A DNA stretch of 64,000 bases from Octopus sinensis (GCF_006345805.1 NC_043009.1:19840001-19904000), one strand, 5' to 3'; positions 1-13,390 are shown, counted from the first letter of the stretch. Notes: a model not told the origin generated them from the letters alone. Translations and numbers: made by a program.

Positions 1-279
1 CTTTCTCTTCCTCTTTATCCCTTTCACATTGTCTGTTTTCATACATAAAAATAATGACATTACATTAACATACACAAATATACGCTAACTATACAAACAC
101 ACGCACACACACAACAACACTTCCCGTGTATATGAAGACACGACTTCAGCACTTCTAGTAATTCTTATGCTAAGTACTTTAATTTTAATTCTCTTTATCT
201 CACCCCATCCTCTTCGCCACCCTGCAGTAAAGCATATCAAATAATTTCTCTTTTAGCGATACAGTGATTAGAACTGTTT

Positions 280-370
280 TATAACCAATCGCCGATCGAT
301 CTCCTGTTTGTCACAAAACATATTCATGAGAATGGCTTTCACTGACGTTCACTATCAACCGGAAGTTACA
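280..370 (+). promoter_or_regulatory. promoter-like motif cluster (CCAAT, CRE half-site TGACGT, ETS CCGGAAGT)
   Basis: The motifs are read directly in CpG-retaining sequence; function is inferred only. Confidence 0.25.
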
Positions 371-817
371 TTCGACGAAGCCTTTTGTCACCATCCCGAA
401 ATGTTCCTGACATTCTCTGTGTGTGTGTCTTTGCATAGATGGAATATTTCAATGGAATCAATCCACCTCATCATGCTCTTAGCACCAGAAGTTCATCACG
501 GATCAGTCACGAAGTGTTTTCAGGGTAAATCAAGAGAAACGGGTTCGATTACAGCCAACAGCTAATGTTTCATGTTTGTCAGTAGACACTTGTCGTGTAA
601 ATAGAATTTCAAGTGGTGAGTCATTCGGCTCGTGGGTCCCTTGCCCTGCAATCAGCACTTGCTATAGAATTCCCTTCCCTCTCCACTCTCAGAGATGCCA
701 ATCATAGATAAAACCAATAAAGGCTATAGATTTCAGTTTCAGGGAAACTGGTGGTGGCGGTGTGGGGAATCTAATTGGGCGATGGATGTAGGCATCATCG
801 AGTTTTAAAACAGGAAC

Positions 818-862
<45 letters not shown>

Positions 863-2892
863 TGTTTGTGTGTGTGTATTTATCTCCATTGAATCGGGAG
901 ATGAAAAAATATGGAATAAAATTTGGAAGAGGAAGATGACAGACAAAACAAAAAAGAAAAAAAAAAGGAGGCAAAGATAATGTGAATGTAAAACTGTAGA
1001 TAAACATATTTTGTAGTCAATAATTACTGGAATGTTCAGTAAGGAAATTTTACCACTTCATTGTAGGAAAGATTGCCGGTTTATTATTAATTCCTCACAA
1101 ATCTCTCTGGGGAGAGGAAGGAGAGGAAGAAGAGCAAGATATGGCAGCCATGACAGCGGTAGTTACGGTAGGAGAAAGAAGAGGAAAACTTGGAGAAACA
1201 AGGTGGGAATGATCGAGGGAAGAGAGACTACCGCTGTGTACGGGGTGGGGCTAGAATAAAAGGAAGGTGGCGATGAGTGAAAGGAACTCCAGTGGGAGAA
1301 AACTTCTGGAATCTAGTCTAAAAGCGGCAACAGAATTAAAGAGCAGGAGACTAAAATCAACACCAACTCCCTACCCACGATTTTCTTTGATAAAATCACG
1401 ACAAAATTCATTCAACTGCTTTTATTCCTTGTATGTGTATGTGTGTGCGTGTGTGTATGTGTGTGTGTGTGTGTGTGTGTGCGTGTGTGTGTGTTGCACT
1501 GTATTTTTAACGTTATACAAATAACAAAATGGTGAGGCAAAAACTAGAAGAACAGTAAAATAATTTGAATTTAATGGATGGAAACACTTTCCGGAAATGT
1601 TTTGTTTGTTTATTCCTGTTGGCTTGAAAACTGAAGATATGCTCCAATTGAATTTTGGTTATAAATCTTTTACGATAATGTTTGTGGCCCTCGGCGGTTG
1701 TGCACGACTGGCGCGGCATTATTGCTGGCAGTGCAGACTTAGTGCACAATATAATTACTGTCAATGCGTATTAAAACAAATACAGCAAAAAACCCTCCAA
1801 AAAACTTCACTTCGAATTTGTTTATCCAACAATTTTTGCTCGCAAAAAGACCAAAAATAAATATTGTCTGTCCATAGTTGTGACGGTAAAAGACGGAGAG
1901 ATGAGGTGTTGTGGGTGGGTGGGGAAGAATTGTTATTAGTTATTGGGAGAGTGGTGGTGAGAGTGATGTAATAGAGATGGTGGTATTAGTTATTGAGAGT
2001 GATGGTAAGAGGTAAGTGGTGTTGTGGGGTGGCGGGCATGGATAATAGCGAGGTGGTAGTGGTGGTGGTGGTGGAAATAGTTGCGGTAAGTAATGGTAGA
2101 GCTGTAAGGTTCGGGATGGTGGTGGTGGTGATGAAACAAGATAGGAATCACATGATTTCTATCACATGACTGAAGGTAATAAGGAAGACGAGATGTGTGT
2201 GTGTGGGGGGGGGGGTGTCCGTCATTTAATTTTTCTGTGGTTTCAGGCATGGTCATACGTTTAGAGTCATTGTTAAGTCGTTGAGTTACGATATGTCGTT
2301 ACAACTGGTCGCAAGAGAGAGCAGAATGTGTGATTTGGATATATATCGGACAATATGGCTAATCAATTCGAAGATCGGGATAAGAATAAAATGCAAAATT
2401 AAAGTGGAGACATGTAACCAGAGACCAGACCTAACTATAGTTTCCGTTCCATATTCCAAGACAAGACGAAAGCATGGAAATTCGCCGTCTTTACTCTGAC
2501 TTTTCTTCGTCTTCAGTTCCCAACATTGTCAAGTTTGCTGTTTATCCTTTCAGGAACGATAAATAAAGTATTGGGAAATGTAAAGGCCTAAAGGGGAACC
2601 TTGTGGTATTTATTGTGACTCTTTGACTTCTGAATTGTTGTGTAGTAGCCTTAATCCGTCGCCCAGTTTACTAATCTCCACATTTAGTTCTTGGCGCCTT
2701 AAGAGGAGTTCACACTATTGTAAATATTCGAACCAAGGTTTCTGGTTTCAGGATAACTTCTTCATCCTCTTCTCCTCAGTCTCAGAAGGCCTAAAACAAC
2801 AACAAATGGTCGAGCCCGTTGCCCTTACCTCCATTACTAAACAGGGGTGGTGTCAGGAAGAAAAATCGTACTTTCTAGACCTTAATAATAAT

Positions 2893-3110
2893 GGCTTCAA
2901 ATTTTGGCACAAGGCCAGCATTTTTTTGGGGGGGGAGGCTAATTCGAGTGCATCGACTCCAGTACTCCACTGGTACTCGTTTTATCGATCCAGAAAGGAT
3001 GAAAGGCAAAGCCGACATCGGCAGAATTTGAACTCAGAACGTGAAGACGGACGAAATGCCGCTAAGCATTCTTCCCGGTGTTCTAACGATTCTGCCAGCT
3101 CTCCGCCAAT
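2893..3110 (-). mobile_element. tRNA-derived SINE family 1 (GTTCTGAGTTCAAATTC..GCCTTTCATCC core)
   Basis: B-box-like GAGTTCAAAT and a core shared with many copies in the window. CpGs are retained in this copy. Confidence 0.8.
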
Positions 3111-3266
3111 ACATTACATTGATGTTGTTAGCGGTGTTTCCAGTCACGGTGATTCCTAAAACTCCAAATTACTTCGCTCCTTGAATTCATGTCCAAACAG
3201 CAGAGTATTCCACAGTCACATCTACCCTTAAAATAATTCTTTGGCAGAATCAACGAGGTACGGTGT

Positions 3267-3298
<32 letters not shown>

Positions 3299-3344
3299 CT
3301 GTGTCTGCGTGTGTGAGAGAGAGAGAAAGAGAGAGAGAGAGAGA

Positions 3345-3545
3345 AGCCTGTAGCTGTTGAATTCCAGATAAATCCATCTGATGGGATTCTCTACAGTTTC
3401 CATCCAATCACTTTCCTTCACAAGGTAATGGCTGACCCAAGGATTATAGAAAATAGAAAAGGATATTTACTCAAACTGTGCCATGCAGTGGAATCGAAAC
3501 CGGGACCTTATTAGGTGCAGTATGACCGTTCAGCCATACTGCACC
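3345..3545 (-). mobile_element. family-2 SINE (diverged)
   Basis: GTGCCATGCAGTGGAATCGAAACC..CAGCCATACTGCACC is the reverse complement of the family-2 head. Confidence 0.65.
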
Positions 3546-5329
3546 AGCCGTTTCTTGATTACAATATACTCATCTGATTAGAATGTGTGTGCTGTGTGCG
3601 TCTCCACATTGTTCTACTGTGACCGGGAAGGGCATGAATGTTACAAGCTCCCAGTTTTCCAGTCCCTTAACCCAAACCGTTTTATCTTCTTAGATAAGTT
3701 AACAAACTTTCGTTACAATCTTACTTTCTGTCAGTAACAACATCAGCAGCAGCAGTAGCAGCAGTAGCAGCAGCAGCAGCAACAGCATCAGTACTGTAAT
3801 TATACTTTTTTAAAATTATATTTGTATTTTTGATGACAGTCAATCTGTGTCCCCTGTCCCAAATGCTTCCCGCCCCCATCACCTAGAAGAATTGATTTTT
3901 TTTTCTTTCTTTTTTATATCATTCTTCACACCCCTGTCCTTATTATTCTAACAATTCTCATATTCCGTGTCGTCTGCCTCCTGTCACACCATTCTCGCTC
4001 GGGTCACTTTTTCTTGGATTTACCGCCATTTCATCTGTGATTACACTTTTAGCATTTCCTAACTCATCAAGCTGACACGACAATACCACTCGCCACCACC
4101 ACCTCCACCACCACCGCCGCCGCCATTGACACCACCACCACCTCTTTTACTACTTTCTTACGCCGTTCAGAGATCGATTTTCTCATTGACGCCTCACAAA
4201 TATCTATCATTTCAGTTTTAATTTCAAACATTTCCCACATAATTATGATATTTCTACAGTTAGTTCTTTCAATTGATAACGACTAAAGCTCCGTTTTCCT
4301 TTTTACCCCGCCGCCCCCAATATGCTGTCAGGTTGGTCATTTACAATTTCCTGTGTTCTCTGGTTACAGTCCTCGTTTCCGACAGTTTCGAAACTCTTTG
4401 TATTCGTTCAAGTTTTCTTGATAGTCTTTTCATATTTGTTTCTTTTGGTCAGGATGCGATAACAATCTCTGACTACTATTGCAAGTTTTTATAACAAAGA
4501 CATCAAATTCTCTCTAATTATATCCATCCTTGCCAATTTGTTTTCTGTGTTGCCATCTTTAAAGCTCTTCTCTCCATTCTGAAATATTTTTACTTCAACA
4601 AGATTGCTTGTCAGAAGGTTGCCATTGGCTAGCCTCGTTGTCTGATCCTTTGTTAGCTTCCTGTCTGTTGACAGCTTTCAATTGACAGTTCACTAAACAC
4701 ACATCGTTAAGTGAGAGTCTTGCCGATACTCGCTGTCAAAAGGTAATTTCCTTCAGGGAATAATGTCTTCAAATGTATTTCTTGATAAAAAGAGATGGCA
4801 TCCATTGTCATAGTCATTTCAAACAATTTTAGTCCTAGAAAAGCCATTCTCTTTATTCAAACGTTATTCAAACGGACAGGATACTCTGGTTGGTGTTATT
4901 CCGAAACAGATGTAGTTTTATTGTAGAACGAATGTAATAATACAACTACTATCATTTTGGGCTTTTCTTCTGAAGGAGAAAGTTATTTCAAATAGACAGA
5001 GCAGTAAAGAACGATAGAAAAATAGCAAAAAAAGAAAAAACATTGAAATTAAATGTATATGAAGCTAAGACCGTCAACCAATCAGGGAGCTTGTTTACCT
5101 GTCTACCTACAAATAAACTAACCAATCAATTACAAGCATATAAGAATCTACTGGTATCTTGTCTGTCTGTCTATTATCAGGATCCATCTGTTTCAGCACA
5201 TAGTCGTCAGATATATAATGCAATACGAAACATTTTGGCGACTTATTTCTGAAATTACTTCCTTATTAAGTTATTTTTAACACACACACACACACAGGTG
5301 CGTGTGTCAAAATATTCAGAGCTTGAAGT

Positions 5330-6786
5330 TTATATCCCAAGATAGATTAAAAAGAAACTTTAATCCGCATTAAAAGCTCTAATAGATTTTAAAAAAATTT
5401 TCTAATTAGACAAAATTAAAGATTTACTCGAGGACGAAACCCTGTCCCGAACTGATTTGAGAAAACCACATGAAGAAGCTCACTTACACGGTTTACTTTT
5501 TATTGAAACTTTAGGTATCCACCTTAGAATCGAACCCTTAACACTTTAGTTTTCCTATTTCTCTTTGAAAAAGCCTGAAATTTGATGTCTAAGAGACCCC
5601 ACCCCGAAGAGATGAATTAATACGACTCAAACGGGGAAACTGATTCTTAACAAACTAATTCCTGGGATTTAGAAGATGCCACCCTTACAATTACTGCAAC
5701 AAAATACGCAACAAGGGATTTGTACAGATTTGTACAGATTCCTTATATTAATACTAAATTCTTACGATTTGGTATTAAAGAGGATTAGTTTTCCTTAACG
5801 GTTCTTCTTCTTATTCAACTTCGCTAGATCCATCAAACCCTCAGACATTGATATGTTTACGTAAGAGAGGAAAATTATTCTAAAGCTTTATAGGTTGCTT
5901 TATGGGTCCTGAAAAAACACCATAGACGGCTTTCAATATAACCCTGGGCGCAACAGATTCGTAGAAATTAGTGATCCGTTGGCCTTTTCTTACCAACTTA
6001 ATTCCAAATTTCTGTACTTACATAGTGGTCTTTACTGAGACAGTGGCGGACTGTCGTTGAATAACTCTACAGTCAACAGAAGAATTAGAAAATATCTACA
6101 TTTTTATTCTTCAAGGAATTCGGTCTTCTCATTACATCTGAAACCATTTTCAATGAAGTTGATTTTTAGATTTAATACTTACCCTTTCTAATTCACTTAA
6201 GTACCTTAAAGTTTTCTAAACAGAAAACCACATCTATATTTCCCAGCTAACTCCATTAAATAATCTAAGAACATTTCGCCTAAAATTTCAAACTTTCCTA
6301 CCGACATGCGAAGATTTAATAAACTAGCACCTTACTATAATGAAGCCCTTGATAGCAGGAACTCAAAAGAGAAAAATACTATATTCAACATAAGACAACC
6401 GTATATATATATATACGGAACGCTAACAGTACGAGAAACGGTGAAGAAGTTTCAAAATATCAGTAACATCAAAATATATATAGTTGTGTGCTTTCCTTAT
6501 TGTTTTCACGTATTTTTGTATTTTTATTCGTGTACATCGTCCGTTTTCCGTCCTTGTGTTGTATACATTCGAAGCTTTCTTCCAATGGATCTAATACGCT
6601 TGGCTTAGATTTCCCTTGGGGGCTGCCCAGGTCGGAGCAATCTCAAGATTAATCAGCCGAAATTGCGAAGATGATCCGGTTCTTCACTGATGACTGAGGG
6701 CTTCGAATGTCCCGTCCTGTGGTTCTTGTGTCGTCTTCTAGGTGTTTCACGTTCTTGTCCCAATTTGTATATATTTTTTTACTTTT

Positions 6787-6828
<42 letters not shown>

Positions 6829-7560
6829 ATATAATATATATATATATACAACTAGCACTGGAAATAGGAATAGAAATAGTAATATGAAGTGATTAAATCC
6901 ACCGTTTAGATTAGACAGTTACCCCCGTATAGTTAGACTATTCTATTCTTACAATTTCGTAGAAAACACCGTCCCCCGACAGCATAAATATTATAAAATA
7001 GTTATCAATTATTCCATGAAATTGTCTTATTTCTCATTCCTTAATTTTGCAGAAACTCTAGCATCTTCTAACTTACACATTCAATTGTGATGACACGAAC
7101 AGCACTACAAGCTGCTACTTTATTAATCTCTATCCTTTAGACAATAAATGTCTACATAACAATTTGCTAAAGCAATACTACCACTAAAAATTCAGTAACA
7201 CTTATACACGTTTTGCTTCATCGTCCTTTAAACTTCGCTGCAGTAATCACACTCATACCTTCAGAAACTCGAACAGAAAAAATCTGAAACGTGATCAACT
7301 AAATGATTTTTTAGGAAAAGATTTCTTTTTTCAAACACGGCATCAAAATCTTATCTCAGTTACAAACCCAAACTTTTCTCGTTAAATAAATGGAATATAA
7401 ATTACTAATTTTTCATTTTCTAGGGCAGGCCTCACTTTAAACCAACTCATAAATCTTTCCCTTGTTGTAGTTTTATCAACTGTAACATTTAAATGATCTT
7501 CGCACATTTATCCGTCTGCGATAATCTAATTTTTACTCCATTTATATATATATATATTTT
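5330..7560 (+). mobile_element. possible very old LINE-like relic (interrupted by the 6490 repeat)
   Basis: Long, non-repetitive, A/C-skewed sequence with coding-like fragments and many stops. No diagnostic motif could be secured. Confidence 0.2.
6490..6790. repeat. interspersed repeat family, copy 1 (partial copy at 17765-17920)
   Basis: TCGGAGCAATCTCAAGATTAATCAGCCGAAATTGCGAAGATGAT... is shared almost exactly with 17765-17920. Confidence 0.85.
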
Positions 7561-9283
7561 TTTTATTGTTCTTTACAGTTGTTGCATCTTCAGGTAAGCA
7601 GGTCTTGGATGGTACATTACACCCTTCCACCCTGGATTTCAACTCAGCCATTAGTTCTGCCCTGCTTTCTCCAATAGTTGACCCCATTTATCTCATTCAT
7701 CTTCTTATCCCTTGCAATACACCCCAACCCGTTCCATATTTCTGTTAATTTACTAATTACATACAAACATATATATTCTCTCTCTCTGCCTCTCTCTCCC
7801 CCTCTCTCTCTCCCTCCCTTTCAAACAGTAAATTTCTATCAAATATATTGTTGTGTTTGTGTGTGAGTATAACTGATCATGCATACATGTTCGTGTATAT
7901 GTTTATGAGTGTATCATGTGCATATATGTATATTCATAAGTGCAAATCAGTTGTGAGTATGTGTGTGTATTTTTATGTGTGCATACGTAGGTGTGTGTTT
8001 GTGTGCATGAGTGAATATTTATGTGTGTATATATATTCTGTATAAGTGTGTGTATACGACTGTTTACGTGCTAGTGTTTGAGAGTGTATATGTATTTATA
8101 TTTAGACACATGTATGTATGGTTACGTATGTGTGTATACGTTCGTGTCTGTATCTCTTTCTCTGAGGTTGTGTGTGTGTGTGTGTATTCATTACCACAAT
8201 GCAAACATTTATTTTCACTTTGATAAGTAGTCAAATAAGAATCTTGTCCATGTTTCCTAAATAGCTTTTTTTTCCTGAAAGTTCTGGAGATGAATAAGAG
8301 AAATGAGGCAAAAATAATTAATTGCATCTTTAACCATTTGAATTGTTTAAAAAACTTCAAATTGACACTTGAATAGAAAATATTTCCACTTCATATACCC
8401 TCTATCCCATTGTGTGAATTTTATGCCCCGCTTCCTTGTACTAGGAAATTTCCAGAATAAACCAGTGATAACCAAAGGTTTCCAATCAAACAGAACCCTG
8501 CTATTTCTATGATTCAAACCTTAGCCTTTGATTCTGTCAAATATAGTTTACTATTTTAATGGAAAAAATTTAAATCAGATGCAAAATTTCTTTTTTGTTT
8601 ATTATTTATATATAAATATATATAATTTTTTTTTTCATTCTAAATGAGATTGGATCATAATTTCATGCTGATATGATTTTTCTAAGAAATTTCTTGACTG
8701 GAATTTATTTTCTAAAGGAGTAAACAATTTAATAGCTGAATTTTTTTTTTTAAAAAGGCGAAGAAAAAGAAAAAAGCGAACCAACGTACAATTAAAGTAA
8801 ACTGCTTATCAGAATTAAAATGTGAAATCATCCAATATTGAGCGACAGTTTCACTGTTGTTTAGGTTGATTTATTCCTAAATAATGTTTGATTTCTGCTG
8901 GAAATACAATAATTATTTTCAAAGATAAATCAGTATTCATTTTCACAAATTTATTTATAATATGCTCTTTTAATGGCTTATCTATAATTGAAAACTTTCT
9001 AATTATCAACTATTATTCATTAGATCGACTGAAAGTCTTTTTTTTATTTTAGGAAAATAAAATTTCTTTGTTATATGCATCTTAAGTTTTTTTTTCTAAA
9101 ACTATCAAATACTTAGTGAACTTTTGGCCTGACTCGTTAAATAATATTGGCCACATAAACTAGTTTGTTCTTGGCCACCGAACTTGTACAAATCCTTAGA
9201 AATACTAAATATTGCCAAAAAGCCATTGGAACAATTAAAGCGAATTTTATTGGATTTTTAAAATGAGGGCAATGAAGGGCAGT

Positions 9284-9630
9284 GAATTGGCAAAAATCAT
9301 CGGAGCGTCGAACAAAACGTCTTGTAGTATTTAATTATGACTGTTTATGTTCTGAGTACAAATCCTGGCAAAGTCAGCGTTGCCTTTCATCCTGACTCAA
9401 GTGTCTCCTATCAATGTCTAGTCTCGTGTCTGTGTAAGAGATCGATATTAAAACAGATCAGTGAAGAACGATGGATCGACAGAATTGGTTGAGCCTCCCA
9501 TAAAACACAGCGTTCCTGTCCCTTACGTCCTGGATTCGAATCCTACCAAAGTCAACTTCCCTTTTCGCCCTTTCGGAATTGATAAAAGGAAGTATCAGTT
9601 AAATACTGGGGCCCATATAATCACTTTTAC
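9284..9630 (+). mobile_element. two diverged family-1 SINE copies
   Basis: Two GTTCTGAGT/GGATTCGAATCC..CCTTT(T)C(A/G) cores, at about 9284-9395 and 9478-9630. Confidence 0.6.
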
Positions 9631-9926
9631 CTCCACCATCACCGAACTATGGGATCTTCTGCCGATGTCATGTGTTTTTTAAACAATGTCTGAGACAGTT
9701 ATACGCCTCACTAAATATTTGTTCATCCACCATTTTTCAATTCCTTGTACTGAATACATTATTATGACTAAACCCACCATCACCACTTACACTCTCACTC
9801 TCACCATGGCCCCACTAAACCCAACCCACAACTGCAATCTACCACTCCAACGACAACCAACACCACCTCGTTCAATATGTTATTACTGTCACCAAGATTA
9901 TAGTCTTGAAGTATCAAAGTAGTAGC

Positions 9927-9979
<53 letters not shown>

Positions 9980-10795
9980 TAGTAGTAGTAGTAGTAGTAG
10001 TGGTTCAGTGTAATTTGCCTCCTGTCGTATTGTTTCTGAAGTCTAATCTGATGTAAACACATTCTTCTGTGGTGATGGTCATGGCAGTGGAACTAATTAC
10101 AATTCAGATTTAGGTTGCTTGGTCAGAATGAACATTTCATGCAGATTCTCATGGTGTGTGCGCTGACGCACACACGCGAACACAGCACGCACGCATTTAC
10201 ATACAGATTGGTGAACGCTTGTCTTTACAAATGGTTGTTGTTGGTGGTGGTAGTGGTGGCAGTGGTGGGGCGGACAGTGCTAAATGAATCAAGCAGTGTA
10301 AGTATGTTTTACTACAAGCTGAATTACTTTAAATTTCAAGTCTGCGTTTCAACTTCCCAACAGATTGATGAAGCAGCGTGACAATACGGAAGCAACAATG
10401 TTAATAGCATATCGAGATATGACTGGATGGGAATATTACGAGTTCCTGTGAATGGCATTGAATAGATACGTGGTACGTTTCCCAACGGATTTATTTTTCG
10501 CCAGCCAATCAAGTGTCGATCAGATGTTAACCAATCAAACTAAGTCTTTTTAAATAGTTTTCTTACAAATTGCTAACTTTTATCAATCGTTTGAGCCACT
10601 GGAAATATGAATTCAAGAAGCTTCCACTTCTGAAGTTCTATATAATATGTATGTGTATACATAATACACACATACATACATACATACATACATACATACA
10701 TACATACATACATACATACATACATACATACATACATACATACATACATGCATACATACGTACATACATACGTACGTACGTATACACATAGCTAC

Positions 10796-11262
10796 ATGAT
10801 GACTGCAAAATCGTGTTCGAAAGTCTCACACATACGAAGGCTACGACCAGCCGTTTTTGCGATTGGCCTTACTTTATTTTTCAACCGATGCCTGTTCGTG
10901 GTGATTTTTTGTAGTGGGGAAAGAATTTACACAAATCTAGTCCCTCTCTCTGGACATGGACAACATAAACTCAAAAAGAAGAACTAGTCTGCATCATCGA
11001 ATATTGTCAGTGTCACAGGTTTTCTCTCAGAGATTCCCTCTCCAAGAGAGATGTTGTAATAACAACAGTGGGATCTCCCACTCCAAGTGGGCCAACCGCA
11101 CGCTTAGACACCAACCCACGTTCCTGCACAAACATACATGTACTCATATTGCCGGATGACCGTTACCAGGTCTTATTTTTCGTCCTGCAAGTCGTCCAAC
11201 AATCACTTTCCTCACCAAAACAAGGTTGATGGGGTTGCCACTTTAGTCACCGATGACCCGAC
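10796..11262 (-). mobile_element. older degenerate RTE-like 3' end abutting the younger copy
   Basis: Minus frame RKVIVGRLAGRKIRPG resembles the RTE motif KxLFGxLxxGxRxxGxP. It ends GCAGTCATCATG plus a (TATG)n tract, like the neighbouring copy. Confidence 0.4.
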
Positions 11263-11342
11263 TATGCATACATACATACATACATACATACATACATACA
11301 TACATACATACATACATACATACATACATGCATACATGCATG

Positions 11343-12160
11343 ATGGCTGCCCCCTCCTTATCGAGTATGGCCATTGCACGAGGCTTAACTGTTATTGGTG
11401 CTGTGATCGAACGTGACATTTTTAGCCCAGCTAAAGATCTACAATGTCTTGTACAGAATTGGCAGCTAAAACCTTTACCGGCAATAGCCAGCTGTAGTTG
11501 TAACTGGGCTTCATGTACCTTTGCATGTCGCTTAAGTCCTCCTGTTGAATCACACTCCCTTCCACATGCCTGACAGATATGATTAGTATGTCGTGTTACA
11601 CCACCACCAGCGGCCTGGTTGTCAATCATCGGTCTCGCTTTATGACTACGAAGATGACTCTTGAGTCCAGCTTTACTGAGGCAGGGTCTTGCACAGACAC
11701 TGCATGTCAGCATCATAGGAAGACCCTTCCCATCTGGAAGTGCAACAGCGATGCCCTTCCTGACATCCCTCCTTACTTTCTCATGTGCAACTCGAGATTT
11801 CTCAAAAGTAGCTGTCTCCTCGTACCCAATCCTTCTCCACCTACTACGGTCAATAGCTATGCCCTCCCATGTGTCAGGAGAGATGCTAGCATCTTCCAAG
11901 GAAGCCTTCAGCAAGTCTTTATACCTCTTTTTTTTTGGTTTATGTGGAGGTCGTTCTCCTTTAGCTAACTCTCCATAAAAGAATTGTTTTGGCATCCTTG
12001 AATCTTTCATTCTGACTAGATGACCACTCCATCTGAGCCTTTGCTTCAACATAAGAGCTTCTATACTTTCACACCAAGAGCTTTCCTATATCTCAAGATC
12101 ACTGATGTGGTCCTCCCACGTAATGCCATACACACATACAGATGTGTGGAGTCACCCCTT
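11343..12160 (-). mobile_element. 5'-truncated RTE-clade LINE 3' end with three C2H2 zinc fingers
   Basis: ORF 11243-12052 has RLRWSGHLVRMKDSRMPKQFFYGEL and RYKD...WEGIAIDRSRWR (RTE post-RT motifs), then CSVC..H..H, CQAC..H..H and CQFC fingers. Upstream frame gives GITWEDHISD. A (TATG)n tail occupies 11264-11342. Confidence 0.9.
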
Positions 12161-12487
12161 AATTACCATTTTGCCCGGCCCATTCTGACCTGGAATGGTA
12201 ATACCTGTTAGGGTCCCATCTCTGGTTTAAATTGGTTTTGCAATGATAATGGAGGTTCCTAATATTTTTGACAAAGTCATGGGGAAGGCAACTCCCCTAG
12301 GAGAAAACTATTCTGACATAAAACTCTCAGTCGATATAACATCAGTCATCTTGCAATGTTTGTCACTGGAACCTTCTTTGGCAACCGACAGATTGGTAAA
12401 AGTGTTGTACAAGAGTGTGTCACTTAAATCCAGTGACAAACAAATGTCTCACTATTATTTCCTTTCTGGATCTGTTTTCTATTTTAG

Positions 12488-12518
12488 AAAATCCTATTGC
12501 GATGGATGCAATAGGATG
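12488..12518 (+). other. candidate 31 nt exon of an unidentified plus-strand transcript
   Basis: Strong acceptor ttcctttctggatctgttttctattttag and consensus donor GTGAGT. One open reading is (E)NPIAMDAIG. Confidence 0.3.
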
Positions 12519-12842
12519 GTGAGTGAATAATCACGCACATAGCACTTTCAACAGCCTTCTCATCCCCAATTTGAAACCATGTTTTAACAATGGCATTGCA
12601 GTCATATCCAAGATGGATATAAACAAAAAAATATAAACAATAAACTATAAAACCTATTGTATATGATAATTTCACAGAAGACACCATCGCAGCTAAAATA
12701 AATTCAATACAATAAAAGCATATGACTCTACCTTTGGTATTCAAGTACTATTTTTTCCACCTTGTTTTGCACTTATGTGCTCACCTGTGTGTGTGTGTGT
12801 GTGTGTGTTGTGTGTGTGTGTGTGTGTGCGTGTGTGTGTATG

Positions 12843-12876
<34 letters not shown>

Positions 12877-13017
12877 TCTGTTTATGAAGGACGAAGATTG
12901 CTGGATATTATAGTATTATAGAAAAAATATATCTAATCTATAACATCCTAGAAAGGAAATAACATCGCATTTTGTAGGAAATCAGAGAAAGTGGTATATC
13001 AAGTCATTTTTAAAATT

Positions 13018-13098
13018 TTGCATGTATTTCCTTAAAATATGCTTCAAGCTGTATATAAATACGCATGTATGATATATGTAAGCATGTATGTGTGTGTG

Positions 13099-13147
<49 letters not shown>

Positions 13148-13214
13148 ATGCTTACATATATCATACATGTATATTTATATACAGCTTGAAGCATATTTTA
13201 AGGAAATACATGCA

Positions 13215-13215
<1 letters not shown>
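13018..13215. repeat. inverted repeat with a (TG)/(TA)n/(CA) centre
   Basis: TTGCATGTATTTCCTTAAAATATGCTTCAAGCTG... mirrors ...CAGCTTGAAGCATATTTTAAGGAAATACATGCAA. ORFs on both strands begin with the identical MLQAVYKY. Confidence 0.95.
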
Positions 13216-13259
<44 letters not shown>

Positions 13260-13260
13260 C

Positions 13261-13292
<32 letters not shown>

Positions 13293-13390
13293 GTATGTGT
13301 GTATGTACAAAGAATATGTATATATATATATATAAATACTTATACACATGTGTGTATATCATATATTTTCTCTCTATATCTCTGTCTCTG

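Noticed and set aside
2748-2790. Minus-strand acceptor plus PSETEEKRMKKLS* as the dachshund last exon
   Set aside because: It needs phase 2 whereas the preceding exon ends in phase 1, and it shows no DACH similarity.
2623-3159. 178 aa ORF
   Set aside because: Its second half is the antisense of a family-1 SINE.
6640-6720. CTGATGA..GAA in the 6490 repeat as a hammerhead
   Set aside because: No convincing stem II or stem I pairing could be drawn.
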